Of a DNA stretch of 64,000 nt, positions 36,698-47,082 are shown piece after piece. Source of the stretch: an uncultured Bacteroidales bacterium. Lineage in GTDB: Bacteria > Bacteroidota > Bacteroidia > Bacteroidales > JAGOPY01. Both the position numbers and the translations under genes were made by a program. A model generated the notes under the pieces. The model worked only from the letters and a program-made list of their open reading frames with translations. It did not search any database and was not told the DNA's origin. The stretch spans positions 38,971 to 102,970 of the forward strand of contig CAZUDV010000011.1 of NCBI GenBank assembly GCA_964619555.1, read 5' to 3'. Each line of letters opens with the position of its first letter. Positions within the stretch are counted from its first letter, which is position 1.

Positions 36698-38332
36698 ATG
36701 TATAAAATTATCATTAGCACATTAATGTTGCTGTGCTGGGCTATATGTTCAGCTCAGAATGACGTTGGAATCGGGACACTTACCCCTGCCGCAAGACTGG
36801 ATGTAAGAGGCAACGGAATAGGTTATGATGTCTTCAATGCATCCAATGACGTAGTTGGTCCGCTCGACAGCATCCTGTCCTTATCCAGTTTGGGACATCT
36901 TGGGATCGGCACAACCAATACCGGGAATTACAAAATAGTGGCTGTAGGCCGTCCCTCCGCCTTTTCACCGCAAATCGAGGTATGGAAGGGGAATCCGAAT
37001 ATCCTGGGTTCTTTCATGCTCGGGGACATCAATGATTTCGGTCTTCCACCCAATAATGGTGTCTTTAATCTTTACTTTAACAACAATCCCGGCATATCCC
37101 TACTGGCTTTCGGCGACTCTTATTTCAATGGAGGGAAACTGGGGGTCGGCATTGGGATTGGCGCCGGGGCACCGGTTCCAAATGAGATGTTGCATTTGGG
37201 CGGCGCACTCGTGGTAGGGCCGTCGTCCGGTACACCGCCGCTGGCAGGCACCATTCAATGGACCGGTCCGGGCGGTAGTTTTATGGGATATGATGGTGCC
37301 CAGTGGTTGCAGCTTGATCAGCAGATCGTTTTTCCGAATGACTGGACCATTCAGGGAAATCCATGGGGTTCACAGGAAATTTTACCGATCGTGCCCGGGT
37401 CCACTCTTTCAATGGGACCCCTGGGCTCCCCGAATCCGGGGGCAATGGTTTGGTTTCCTGATCTGGCTGCTCCGGGTATGACCAACCTTCAGCTTATGAT
37501 CGAAGGAACCAGTAACGGACCGGCGGTGTTCTCCAATGCAGCCATGATGTTCAGGAGGTCGGACTGGTCAATCGTTCCACCTGCATTGCTCGGACAATAC
37601 TGGATGGGTATCTTAAATACCGGTGCCGATCTTATGGTTTCCAGCACCACGCCCACAGCTCCTTCCGCACAAGCTGACAACACGACTATTCTGAACTCTT
37701 CTCCTATGGGAATAGTAGATTTGCCCAACCAGAGCCGTGTCAGGGCAATCGTTCCGAACATTGATTGGGGCAGCTGGCAGCTGGTACAATCGAATACCTG
37801 GACGCCCATCAATTTCACAAATCCGGTACCGGGAACAACGCTGGCTCCGGGAAGTCCTGTCTGGGACGAACAGGGCGAATTTACCAATGCTACTTCACCC
37901 GGACAGGCCACTCCTCCTGTAAATGCCTTTTTCACAGCGACCGAGGAAGGATTCTACCAGGTGAATGCCCGGTGTGAATTTGAAACGGACGAGTACCAGG
38001 ATGATTTGATTGTACTGCCTGTTTATATGCAGCAAAATTCATTTGTATCTATAGCCATATACATTGATATTGCAGGTGGAGGGTCCAACTGGCTTCGAAT
38101 TGCCACAGGGAATAATTTGCAGGTAACCAATAACATCCCATTGCCTCCACCCGCACCGGATGGAGCGACTGAAACCCTGTCAAATAACAATGCCCCTAAT
38201 GTATCGGATGTGATTTATCTGCAACCGGGTGACAGAGTTTCCATATGGGCGTTTCACTGGGCCATGACCCCAATGTTGATCAGGGCATGGCAGGATGGAA
38301 ATCTTTATTTCTCTATCCACAAAGTGAGCTAG
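36698..38332 (+). CDS. Secreted hypothetical protein with a possible C1q/TNF-like C-terminal domain
   Basis: 544 aa. Signal peptide, then NDVGIGTLTPAARLDVRGNG. The C-terminal part carries FFTATEEGFYQVNARCEF ... YLQPGDRVSIWAF ... LYFSIHKVS. Confidence 0.7.
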   Translation: MYKIIISTLMLLCWAICSAQNDVGIGTLTPAARLDVRGNGIGYDVFNASNDVVGPLDSILSLSSLGHLGIGTTNTGNYKIVAVGRPSAFSPQIEVWKGNPNILGSFMLGDINDFGLPPNNGVFNLYFNNNPGISLLAFGDSYFNGGKLGVGIGIGAGAPVPNEMLHLGGALVVGPSSGTPPLAGTIQWTGPGGSFMGYDGAQWLQLDQQIVFPNDWTIQGNPWGSQEILPIVPGSTLSMGPLGSPNPGAMVWFPDLAAPGMTNLQLMIEGTSNGPAVFSNAAMMFRRSDWSIVPPALLGQYWMGILNTGADLMVSSTTPTAPSAQADNTTILNSSPMGIVDLPNQSRVRAIVPNIDWGSWQLVQSNTWTPINFTNPVPGTTLAPGSPVWDEQGEFTNATSPGQATPPVNAFFTATEEGFYQVNARCEFETDEYQDDLIVLPVYMQQNSFVSIAIYIDIAGGGSNWLRIATGNNLQVTNNIPLPPPAPDGATETLSNNNAPNVSDVIYLQPGDRVSIWAFHWAMTPMLIRAWQDGNLYFSIHKVS

Positions 38333-38337
38333 GAATG

Positions 38338-39009
38338 TCAGATCTTCTTTAGCCTGGCTATTATATTGGAAGGATTTGATGCGCCGAAGATTGTATTCCC
38401 GGCTACGAGGACCTGTGCGCCGGCCTGTACCAGTTGCGGGGCATTTTCCAGCGTTACGCCGCCGTCCACTTCTATGAGGACGTCGGTATTTTTACGCTCC
38501 AGCATCTCTTTCAGGGTGCGGATTTTACCAACCGTGCTTTCAATGAAGTTTTGCCCGCCGAAACCCGGATTAACCGACATTATCATTACAAGGTCGACAT
38601 CTGCAATGATCTCTTCCAGCAATGACACGGGGGAATGAGGATTTAATACCACTCCCGCCATGGCGCCCAGGTTCTTAATTGCCTGGATGGTGCGGTGGAG
38701 ATGAGTGCAGGCTTCATAATGTACGCTGATCACTTCGGCCCCGTGTTGCCTGAACCGTTCCAGGTACCGGTCCGGGTCAACGATCATCAGGTGAACATCC
38801 AGCGGCTTTTTAGCATGTTTTTGGATGTGTTTCAGGACTGGGAAACCGAAAGAGATGTTCGGCACAAAAACACCGTCCATCACATCAATATGGAACCAGT
38901 CGGCTTCACTGGCATTGATCATTTCGATATCCCGCTGAAGGTTGCCAAAATCAGCCGATAACATGGATGGTGCAACGAATGGAAATTTACTCAGGGTTTG
39001 CAGGATCAT
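38338..39009 (-). CDS. rpe: Ribulose-phosphate 3-epimerase
   Basis: 223 aa. APSMLSADFGNL, HIDVMDG and MSVNPGFGGQ blocks. Confidence 0.9.
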   Translation of the reverse strand: MILQTLSKFPFVAPSMLSADFGNLQRDIEMINASEADWFHIDVMDGVFVPNISFGFPVLKHIQKHAKKPLDVHLMIVDPDRYLERFRQHGAEVISVHYEACTHLHRTIQAIKNLGAMAGVVLNPHSPVSLLEEIIADVDLVMIMSVNPGFGGQNFIESTVGKIRTLKEMLERKNTDVLIEVDGGVTLENAPQLVQAGAQVLVAGNTIFGASNPSNIIARLKKI

Positions 39010-39050
39010 GAGGATTGATTTGAAAGTGTAAAGATAGGCAAGAGAAAATA

Positions 39051-39088
39051 AAAAATCGTAGTACCACTATAGTCGTACTACGATTTTT
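39051..39088 (-). terminator. Rho-independent terminator downstream of rpoD
   Basis: Perfect 14-bp stem AAAAATCGTAGTAC / GTACTACGATTTTT with a 10-nt loop, flanked by an A-run and a T-run. It lies 36 nt after the rpoD stop. Confidence 0.7.
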
Positions 39089-39123
39089 AATATTCAAATC
39101 TCAGATATTTCTAAATCAACGGA

Positions 39124-39987
39124 TTAACCCAAGTATGATTTCAGGATCTTACTCCTTGACGTGTGCTTGAGGCGACGGATGGCTTTCTCTTTGATCTGCC
39201 TTACGCGTTCGCGGGTCAGATCAAATTTTTCTCCGATCTCCTCCAGTGTCATCGGATGTTTGGAATTGAGGCCGAAGTAAAGCCTGACCACATCCGCTTC
39301 ACGGGGCGTCAGGGTGGAAATGGCCCTGTCGATCTCTTTCCTGAGCGATTCCACCATCAGTTCCTTTTCGGGAGTATTGGTTTCATCGCTGCGGATCACG
39401 TCGTACAGGGTATTTTCTTCATCCTGGATCAATGGGGCATCCATGGAGATATGACGGCCTGAATTCCGGATGGATTCCTTGACCTCACTTTCGGGGATAT
39501 CCAGCATTTCGGCTATCTCCAGGGCGTCCGGCTCCCGCTCATGCTCCTGTTCCAGCTTTGCATATGCTTTATTGATTTTATTGATCGAACCGATTTTATT
39601 GAGGGGGAGCCTGACAATACGTGATTGTTCCGCAAGCGCCTGAAGGATGGACTGACGGATCCACCATACCACATACGAAATGAACTTGAACCCTCTTGTC
39701 TCGTCGAACCGCTGGGCAGCCTTGATCAGGCCCAGGTTGCCTTCATTAATCAGATCGGGCAGGCTAAGACCCTGATTCTGGTATTGTTTGGATACCGAAA
39801 CCACGAAGCGCAAATTGGCCTTGGTCAGTTTTTCCAAAGCCTCCTTGTCGCCGTTTTTGATCCGCCTGGCCAGTTCAACTTCTTCTTCCGCCGTAATCAG
39901 CTCAACTTTGCCTATTTCCTGCAAATACTTGTCAAGCGAAGCGGTTTCGCGGTTGGTAACCTGTTTAGTAATTTTTAACTGGCGCAT
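39124..39987 (-). CDS. rpoD: RNA polymerase primary sigma factor (Bacteroidota sigma-A type)
   Basis: 287 aa with regions 2-4 recognisable ([51 protein letters not shown]). Confidence 0.95.
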   Translation of the reverse strand: MRQLKITKQVTNRETASLDKYLQEIGKVELITAEEEVELARRIKNGDKEALEKLTKANLRFVVSVSKQYQNQGLSLPDLINEGNLGLIKAAQRFDETRGFKFISYVVWWIRQSILQALAEQSRIVRLPLNKIGSINKINKAYAKLEQEHEREPDALEIAEMLDIPESEVKESIRNSGRHISMDAPLIQDEENTLYDVIRSDETNTPEKELMVESLRKEIDRAISTLTPREADVVRLYFGLNSKHPMTLEEIGEKFDLTRERVRQIKEKAIRRLKHTSRSKILKSYLG

Positions 39988-40057
39988 AGTCTGGTTTATG
40001 GGGGTACAAATCTAATTCAAATTGTACGAAACTGGCGCAGTTATGTTTCAAAAAAAA

Positions 40058-42190
40058 TTACCGGTTCTGCGGTTCTTGTAAGAGGACCTTTCTCGATAAT
40101 TTCATTTTTCCCGTAGCTGAGTCAATACCAATGAGTTTCACATCAATCATCTGTCCGACCTTCATGTATTGTTCGATATCAGTAACCCTTTTGTTATCGA
40201 TTTCGGAGATATGCAGAAGGCCTTCTCTTCCCGGCAGGATCTCGATGAAAGCACCAAAGGCCACGATACTTTTCACCTTTCCGTTATAAATCGCACCCAC
40301 TTCTGGGACGGCGGCAATCTTTTTAATGCGCTCTTTAGCCGCTTCAATGGAGGCTTTGTTGCCGGAGAAGATATCGATGACCCCGAATTCGCCTTCTTCT
40401 TCGATAATGATGGTAGAACCGGTCTCTTTCTGGATTTCCTGGATCACTTTTCCTCCTGGACCGATGATAGCGCCGATGAATTCCTTGGGCACCCGCATTT
40501 TTTCGATGCGTGGTACATGAGGCTTATAATCTGCCCTGGGCTCGGAGATCGTTTTCAGGATCTCATTCAGGATGTGAAGCCTGCCCAGCCGGGCCTGCTC
40601 CAATGCCTGTTCCATGATCTCGAATGACAGGCCTTCGATCTTAATGTCCATCTGGCAGGCCGTTATTCCGTCTTTTGTTCCCGTAACCTTAAAGTCCATG
40701 TCACCCAGGTGGTCCTCATCTCCAAGGATATCAGACAGAACGGCATATTTACCGTTATCTTTACCGGAGATCAGCCCCATAGCGATACCGGTGACTGGTT
40801 TCAGGATCTTGACCCCGGCATCCATCAGGGCGAGGGTGCCGCCGCAAACGGAAGCCATGGAAGACGAGCCGTTGGATTCGAGTATATCGGAGACTACCCG
40901 GACGGTGTAGGGATTGTGGTCATCGCCCGGAATAACCGGTTTGAGGGCCCTCATGGCCAGGTTTCCATGCCCGATCTCCCGTCGGCTGGTGCCACGGATC
41001 GGTTTCACCTCACCGGTCGAGAATCCCGGGAAATTATAATGAAGCATGAAATCATTGGAGCCTTCGATGACGGCGCCGTCGATCTCCTGTTCATCCAGTT
41101 TGGTGCCGAGAGTGACGGTGACCAGGGCCTGGGTTTCTCCGCGGGTGAATATAGCTGAGCCGTGGGCTGCCGGCAGAAAATCGACCTCGCACCAAATCGG
41201 CCGGATCTGATCCAGGTCGCGGCCATCGAGACGTTTCCTGGTTTCGAGCACGCAGTTTCTTACCGCGTCGTACTCGGTATCGTAGAAATACCTGTTGATC
41301 ACGGGCTGTAACTCTTCCAGTTTTTCTTCAGGAATCGTGGCCACAAATTCTTCCTTCACCTTTTCAAACATCTCCTGGCGTTTGTGTTTATTGGCAATCC
41401 CGGAAGAAGCAATCTCATAAAACCTTGGATAAGCATAGTCCCGGATCTTTGATTTGAGTTCTTCATCCCGGGGAGGTTCCGGAACCACCATTTGTTCTTT
41501 CTTTTCCGGCAGCATATCGACCAGGTCGAGCTGTGCCTGGCATTGTACCTTAATGGCATTATGGGCAAATTTCAGAGCTTCCAGCATTTCCGCCTCGGAG
41601 ACTTCTTTCATTTCACCTTCCACCATGACGATATTGTCTTTAGAAGCGGCTACCATAAGGTCGAGATCAGCGGCATCCATTTGCTGGATGGTCGGGTTGA
41701 CCATTAGCTGGCCATTGACGCGGGCAACCCGCACCTCGGATATAGGACCGAGGAAAGGTATGCCGGAGACCATAAGGGCGGAGGAGGCGGCCAGGGCTGC
41801 AAGCGCATCCGGCAGCGTATTCTTGTCACCGGAGATGAGCATGATCTGTACCTGGACTTCGTTGTAGAAATTTTCAGGGAACAATGGCCGGAGGGCTCTG
41901 TCGACCAAACGGGAGATGAGGATTTCATATTCTGACGGACGGGCTTCTCTTTTGAAAAAACCGCCGGGGAATTTACCGGTTGCTGAATATTTTTCTTTGT
42001 ACTCAACAGTGAGCGGGAAGAAATCGGCGCTTTCGGCCGCTTCCTGGGCTACGACAACAGTAGCGAGAAGCATGGTGTCACCCATCTTCACCACTACAGA
42101 ACCGGCGGCTTGTTTGGCAAGGCGTCCGGTTTCGATGGAGACTTCACGTCCGTCTCCTAAATTGAACTTTTTAACAATTGCGTTTGACAT
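40058..42190 (-). CDS. pnp: Polyribonucleotide nucleotidyltransferase (PNPase)
   Basis: 710 aa with two RNase PH domains plus KH and S1 domains ([20 protein letters not shown]). Confidence 0.95.
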   Translation of the reverse strand: MSNAIVKKFNLGDGREVSIETGRLAKQAAGSVVVKMGDTMLLATVVVAQEAAESADFFPLTVEYKEKYSATGKFPGGFFKREARPSEYEILISRLVDRALRPLFPENFYNEVQVQIMLISGDKNTLPDALAALAASSALMVSGIPFLGPISEVRVARVNGQLMVNPTIQQMDAADLDLMVAASKDNIVMVEGEMKEVSEAEMLEALKFAHNAIKVQCQAQLDLVDMLPEKKEQMVVPEPPRDEELKSKIRDYAYPRFYEIASSGIANKHKRQEMFEKVKEEFVATIPEEKLEELQPVINRYFYDTEYDAVRNCVLETRKRLDGRDLDQIRPIWCEVDFLPAAHGSAIFTRGETQALVTVTLGTKLDEQEIDGAVIEGSNDFMLHYNFPGFSTGEVKPIRGTSRREIGHGNLAMRALKPVIPGDDHNPYTVRVVSDILESNGSSSMASVCGGTLALMDAGVKILKPVTGIAMGLISGKDNGKYAVLSDILGDEDHLGDMDFKVTGTKDGITACQMDIKIEGLSFEIMEQALEQARLGRLHILNEILKTISEPRADYKPHVPRIEKMRVPKEFIGAIIGPGGKVIQEIQKETGSTIIIEEEGEFGVIDIFSGNKASIEAAKERIKKIAAVPEVGAIYNGKVKSIVAFGAFIEILPGREGLLHISEIDNKRVTDIEQYMKVGQMIDVKLIGIDSATGKMKLSRKVLLQEPQNR

Positions 42191-42225
42191 TTTCTGTTTT
42201 CCTTTTCCGTTAGATTGATAAATAC

Positions 42226-42256
42226 AAAAAAAGGCAATGCTGAGATTGCCTTTTTT
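42226..42256 (-). terminator. Hairpin between rpsO and pnp (A7 GGCAAT gctgag ATTGCC T6)
   Basis: Read directly. An rpsO terminator / pnp leader hairpin at this position is the classical arrangement. Confidence 0.65.
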
Positions 42257-42278
42257 GGACTATATATTATAATATTTG

Positions 42279-42548
42279 TTACTTTCTGATTCCAAGGTTT
42301 TTAACTATGGCGCGATACCTTTCGATGTCATTATTCTTGAGATATTCCAGGATACTGCGCCTTTTGCCTACAAGTGCGACCAGCGAACGCCGGGTGGCAC
42401 GGTCCTTACGATTATCTTTCAGGTGCTCAGTAAGGTGATTGATGCGCTGGGTAAACATGGCTACCTGGGCTTCCGGTGAACCGGTATCGGCAACTGAATT
42501 TCCGTACTGGGCGAAGATCTCTTTTTTCTTGTCTGAAGTAAGGTACAT
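42279..42548 (-). CDS. rpsO: 30S ribosomal protein S15
   Basis: 89 aa. TGSPEAQVA...T.RINHLTEHLK.N.KD..(S)RR.L blocks are present. Confidence 0.95.
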   Translation of the reverse strand: MYLTSDKKKEIFAQYGNSVADTGSPEAQVAMFTQRINHLTEHLKDNRKDRATRRSLVALVGKRRSILEYLKNNDIERYRAIVKNLGIRK

Positions 42549-42698
42549 GTCAGAATTATTTATCGGTTAAAATTGAGCGTGCAAAGATATCAATTTTTTA
42601 ATTAATATCAACCGGGTCATACAATTTATTTTAAAGAGTTCCCGGGCATCGGTCATCTTCGATCTTCCGGGTTCCCCCGGTTAATTCCTAATAGAAGG

Positions 42699-43886
42699 TC
42701 AGGCGCCGAAATTCCACTTGAGGCGCCAGAACAATAAAGTCCCGTTATCGCCGAATTCGGTCATGTGTTTGCCCCAGAAAACCTGGCCAATTAAAAAGAC
42801 GGAAAGATTATTCGTAAGGCTGATATCGAGAGAAGGCCCCGCATATCCCGACAGATCGCAGGGATTGAAGATAACGGCTGCGCTGGCATTCAACAAGGGG
42901 GTGATGGGGTAGGATGCCTGGGTGAAAACTGAGTGCCTGGCTTTTGTAAAGTTTTTTGCGGAGATGTCCATTGTGAAAAACAGGGCATTTCCATATCCGG
43001 CATTACCGGTCGTGCCTGCACTGTTGTATAAATATCCGCCCTGCAGATAAAGACTGTTTTTAAATGTATAATTCAACTCCGCCGAGCCGACAAACGCACC
43101 GGTAGTGTCCGTGAATTTTTCCTTGTCCAGGAAATAAGATGCTTCCCCGTTGAAACCGGCCCCTTTTATATGTCCTGACCAACCGGCGCCTATTACGGCA
43201 TCCTCCCTCATCAAACCTCCTAATATCTGAAAATCATACCCCCATCGATTGAACCGGTACATCAGGGCAGTGGTTATTTTATAGGCTGAATCAATCACAT
43301 GCAAATGCTGATCGACTTTAAATCCTAGCTGAATGGAAGAAGTATTGCCGGTGTAATACTGAAGTAAGATGGCGTCACATCCGGGTCTTTCCACATAATC
43401 GAAATCGAAGTAATTGTAGGAATTGAAAATATCATTAGGCGTCCAGACAAAGTTAATTCCCCAGTTGATCCTTTGTCTGCCGATGGTTGTTTCTAATTTT
43501 CCTGTCTTGAGTTTTATATTCAGCCGGTCGATATTGGAGTAGAAGACATAGGAAGTGTCGTCTGCCCATAACCAGGTCAGGTCTGCCAGGCCCTCATCCA
43601 GGGTCACCATCTCGGAATAATAGGGATAGAATGACTGCACCATCTGGCCATAATTAAAAATATTCCTTATCCCGGTGTGAAAAGAGATTGATTTGGATGG
43701 ATCATACCTGAAATCCAGTCGGTTGTATAATGAAGTCATGGTCTGCCATCGGGATGAAGAGGGTGGGACCCAGATATTTTCCAGAGCCTGGAGGTGGCCG
43801 TTCAGTGCCCATGTCCGCTCTTTCTCCTGTGCAATCATAGCGGTTGCCGAAAGAAAAAACAAGATCAGGCCAGATATTGTTTTCAT
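42699..43886 (-). CDS. Putative outer-membrane beta-barrel protein, last gene of the Lol-like operon
   Basis: 395 aa with a signal peptide (LSATAMIAQE). Aromatic/Gly/Asn-rich alternating pattern throughout. No family name recognised. Confidence 0.6.
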   Translation of the reverse strand: MKTISGLILFFLSATAMIAQEKERTWALNGHLQALENIWVPPSSSRWQTMTSLYNRLDFRYDPSKSISFHTGIRNIFNYGQMVQSFYPYYSEMVTLDEGLADLTWLWADDTSYVFYSNIDRLNIKLKTGKLETTIGRQRINWGINFVWTPNDIFNSYNYFDFDYVERPGCDAILLQYYTGNTSSIQLGFKVDQHLHVIDSAYKITTALMYRFNRWGYDFQILGGLMREDAVIGAGWSGHIKGAGFNGEASYFLDKEKFTDTTGAFVGSAELNYTFKNSLYLQGGYLYNSAGTTGNAGYGNALFFTMDISAKNFTKARHSVFTQASYPITPLLNASAAVIFNPCDLSGYAGPSLDISLTNNLSVFLIGQVFWGKHMTEFGDNGTLLFWRLKWNFGA

Positions 43887-43906
43887 AAGGTTCCCAACTG
43901 ATTCCT

Positions 43907-43927
43907 GAACATTGAAATCTGAAATTT
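43907..43927. repeat. Three tandem heptamers GAACATT GAAATCT GAAATTT
   Basis: Read directly. The array lies in the 39-nt spacer between the ATPase stop (which it overlaps) and the beta-barrel gene start. Confidence 0.9.
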
Positions 43928-44609
43928 AACGATTTATGTCGTTTGCTACCAAGCCGTCCTCGATCGTAACGATCCTTCTTGCCCTGTCCATAACCCGTTG
44001 GTCATGAGTGGAAAAGATGAATGTCGTTTTATATTGTTCATTCATTTTCAGCATGATATCGAGCAATTCCGATGTGGACCTGCTATCCAGGTTGGCGGTA
44101 GGTTCATCGGCAAGGATAAACCTTGGCTTTGAGGCCAGTGCCCGGGCAACGGAAACGCGTTGCTGCTGTCCGCCGGAAAGGTCGCCGGGCCGGTTTTCCA
44201 CCTTGTCAGATAATCCCACAGCGTCCAGCAATTCCATGGCCCTGGCTTTTCTTTTGGCCCTGGGAATCCCCTGCAGTTGCATGATGAATTCGACATTTTC
44301 ACGGGCAGTCAGAACCGGGATAAGGTTGTATGACTGGAATACGAAGCCGATATGATGCAGCCGGAAATCGATCAGTTTCCTGGCAGGCAAGGTGGTTATG
44401 TTTGTGCCATTGATATGGACTTCCCCTGATGTAGGCATATCCAGGCCCCCGATCATATTCAGAAGCGTGGTCTTACCCGATCCGGAAGGTCCGACTATGG
44501 CTGTGAATTCAGCCTCGCTAAAAGTGATGGACACCCCGTTCAGTGCATTCACCGGCACTTTTGTCTCTGTATAGACCTTGTGAAGGTCAGATGTCGAAAT
44601 TATTCCCAT
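43926..44609 (-). CDS. ABC transporter ATP-binding protein, LolD/MacB type
   Basis: 227 aa. GPSGSGKTTLLNMIGGL, LSGGQQQRVSVARAL and ILADEPTANLD. Confidence 0.9.
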   Translation of the reverse strand: MGIISTSDLHKVYTETKVPVNALNGVSITFSEAEFTAIVGPSGSGKTTLLNMIGGLDMPTSGEVHINGTNITTLPARKLIDFRLHHIGFVFQSYNLIPVLTARENVEFIMQLQGIPRAKRKARAMELLDAVGLSDKVENRPGDLSGGQQQRVSVARALASKPRFILADEPTANLDSRSTSELLDIMLKMNEQYKTTFIFSTHDQRVMDRARRIVTIEDGLVANDINR

Positions 44610-44631
44610 ATCATCTACGAATGTTATATAT

Positions 44632-45855
44632 CTATGCTTCCTGTCTCACTGCCTCGGCCGGGTTAAGCTTCAGGGCTTTCCTGGCAGGCCAGATGGAGGC
44701 CAGAATTGCCGTTATTATGACCATTACGGTCAGTGTTATATACAATCCCGAATAGAGGGTCGGATAAATCAGGGCACTGTAACCCAGGGATTCGAAACCG
44801 TCGGCCCAGGCGGCAAAATTGATCCCGTGCCGCGACGTAGCCTGGATCGTGGTGGCACTGACGGCAACGCCTGCAGCGGTACCGACAATGGCCAGGAAAA
44901 TCGTTTCCAGCATGATCATGATGAATATCTTGCGGCGGTTCATTCCGACCGACATCAGCATGCCCAGTTCCCTGGTCCGTTCCAGTATGCTCATGAGCAT
45001 CGTGTTCACTATCCCGAAAGCCATAGCCGCCAGGATGATGGCCAGGAGGAAAAACGACATTTGGTCCATCATGGACGACAGCATTTTCAGGGTTGGCTCC
45101 AGGATGTTCCAGGGGAGGACACTCATTCCGGGTAATGTTTTTCCCAGGAATTCCGCCGTTTCCTTTGTCATTTCGGTGTCGGCCATCAGGATGGCTATTT
45201 CCGTGGATTTCGATGCATCGAAGCCGGTCAGTTCAGCGAGGTCCGATTTCAGGACGAATACATTCGGCTCATCAAACATGCTGTTGGAAGTTTTGTAGAG
45301 GCCGTTAACCCTGAAGAGGCCATAAACCAGTTCGCCATCTGTATTTTGTATGGTGAGCACGATCTTGGATCCGGTTTTCGCTTTTAGTTTACCCGCCAGT
45401 TTACTGCTGATCAGAATTTGGGGTGTCCTGGATTGTTTTTCGAAGTAATCCCCTTCGACCAGAAGCTCAGAGATCCGGGTTACCCTCTTTTCCTGAGCGG
45501 GTTCGATGCCATTGACCATGATCCCGGTACCGGTATTGGCCGTGCTGGCCATTGCTGTCGTTTTTATCCGGCTGGCCGTCCCTGCCACACCCGGGATATT
45601 TGCGATCAGCCGGCAGATCGAATCCGAATCCCCGATTGTGAATTTAAGCGAATTATCCTGTAGAAATTCAGGATTATGTATTTGAATATGGGATATTTCA
45701 TTGTGGATGGATTCGGATATCTTCCCCTCGACCATGCCGTTGGACAGGGCTATCATGAAAAGCGTCCCGAACAGACCGAGCGCCACTGCCAGGATCACTA
45801 CCAGGCTCCTGAGCTTGTTCCGCCAAATGTTCCGCCATGCAATCGATACCAACAT
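44632..45855 (-). CDS. ABC transporter permease, FtsX/MacB/LolC-E type
   Basis: 407 aa. One N-terminal TM, a periplasmic domain of about 220 aa, then three C-terminal TMs. This is the topology of the MacB/Lol permease family. Confidence 0.85.
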   Translation of the reverse strand: MLVSIAWRNIWRNKLRSLVVILAVALGLFGTLFMIALSNGMVEGKISESIHNEISHIQIHNPEFLQDNSLKFTIGDSDSICRLIANIPGVAGTASRIKTTAMASTANTGTGIMVNGIEPAQEKRVTRISELLVEGDYFEKQSRTPQILISSKLAGKLKAKTGSKIVLTIQNTDGELVYGLFRVNGLYKTSNSMFDEPNVFVLKSDLAELTGFDASKSTEIAILMADTEMTKETAEFLGKTLPGMSVLPWNILEPTLKMLSSMMDQMSFFLLAIILAAMAFGIVNTMLMSILERTRELGMLMSVGMNRRKIFIMIMLETIFLAIVGTAAGVAVSATTIQATSRHGINFAAWADGFESLGYSALIYPTLYSGLYITLTVMVIITAILASIWPARKALKLNPAEAVRQEA

Positions 45856-45857
45856 AT

Positions 45858-47081
45858 TTATTTCCCTTTAATAGCATTAACAACCTTAAGCCTTGAAATC
45901 ACGCTGACCGGGTAAATTACAGCCAGTAGTGTAATGATGATCACCACGATGCTTTGATAGATGAAAAATCCAGGCTCCAGGGCGAAAGGCATGATCGGTT
46001 CCATATTGTACTCGAGCACGGCCTCTGCCATTTCACCGGTCAGTTTGATCGGGTGATAGTAAAAATAAGTAATGAATGGCAAGCTCAGGATTATTCCGGA
46101 TATCACTCCTGTGACACCGATGATGATCGATTCGATCAGAATGATCAGCGATAGTTTATGCCTTTTCATTCCCACAGCCACCATGATCCCGAACTCTTTT
46201 CGGCGTTCCATCGTCATCATTAAGATCGTTCCAAGGATACCGAAACCTACCACCAGGTACAATATGCCAAGCATGAACAGGCCGCTGATATTATCTCCTT
46301 CAATATACTGGACCAGTTCATAGAGCATCTCTTTCCAGCTCATCACTTCCAGGTCATCCGGATCGATTGCCTGCAATGTATTCTGGGTCTGATGCATCAG
46401 GCCCCGTTTTTCGAGCATGATGGATATGGAGGTAAGACGTCCGTGAGCAGTATAAAAATCCTGTGCCTGCGACAGTTCCATATAAACCAGTTGATTATTC
46501 ATGTCAGGTTGGATGAACCTGAGAATTCCGCGGACCGGGATCTCGGCTGCGGCCGTGACCCCATGGTAACCCTGGCCCAGCAGCACCAGCGAATCACCCA
46601 CCTTGACTTTTAAGTAATTGGCCAGGCCTTCCGCGATCAGCAAACCATTTTCACCTCCGGATAAAAATTCACCGGCGACGAGTTTTTTCGACAGCCCTGA
46701 GATTTTATCTTCAATTTCAGGAACGGTGCCGATCACGGCGACCCCCTTGGTTTGTTTTCCGGAACTGATGAGAGCGAAGGATTCGAGCCGTGGGATGATT
46801 TCGGTCACATTGGGGGTGGATTTCAGCTGCTCCGGCAAACCTGGCGGATATTCCATCGTATTGTCAATGCTTTTGTCATCCCAGTAGCCTTTCTGGTGGA
46901 CCTGCAAATAGCCGGTGGAGCTTTTAACGGCACTTTCAATCATATAACCGTACGTGCCGAGTTGCATGGAACGCATGAGCAATGCCAGAAAGACCGCGAA
47001 CAGCACAGAGGCCACGGTAATGAAAGTCCGTCTTCTGTTCCTCCAGATGTTTCTCCAGGCTATTTTGAAGTAATCATTCAT
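45858..47081 (-). CDS. ABC transporter permease, FtsX/MacB/LolC-E type (paralog of the previous gene)
   Basis: 407 aa with the same topology. The N-terminus FKIAWRNIWRNRRRT parallels SIAWRNIWRNKLRS of the neighbour. Confidence 0.85.
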   Translation of the reverse strand: MNDYFKIAWRNIWRNRRRTFITVASVLFAVFLALLMRSMQLGTYGYMIESAVKSSTGYLQVHQKGYWDDKSIDNTMEYPPGLPEQLKSTPNVTEIIPRLESFALISSGKQTKGVAVIGTVPEIEDKISGLSKKLVAGEFLSGGENGLLIAEGLANYLKVKVGDSLVLLGQGYHGVTAAAEIPVRGILRFIQPDMNNQLVYMELSQAQDFYTAHGRLTSISIMLEKRGLMHQTQNTLQAIDPDDLEVMSWKEMLYELVQYIEGDNISGLFMLGILYLVVGFGILGTILMMTMERRKEFGIMVAVGMKRHKLSLIILIESIIIGVTGVISGIILSLPFITYFYYHPIKLTGEMAEAVLEYNMEPIMPFALEPGFFIYQSIVVIIITLLAVIYPVSVISRLKVVNAIKGK

Positions 47082-47082
47082 G

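Noticed and set aside
42640-42680. CCCGGG/CCGGG-rich segment between the beta-barrel gene and rpsO, as a terminator or structured RNA
   Set aside because: I could draw only 5-bp stems with no convincing hairpin or T-run. There is no tRNA-like cloverleaf.
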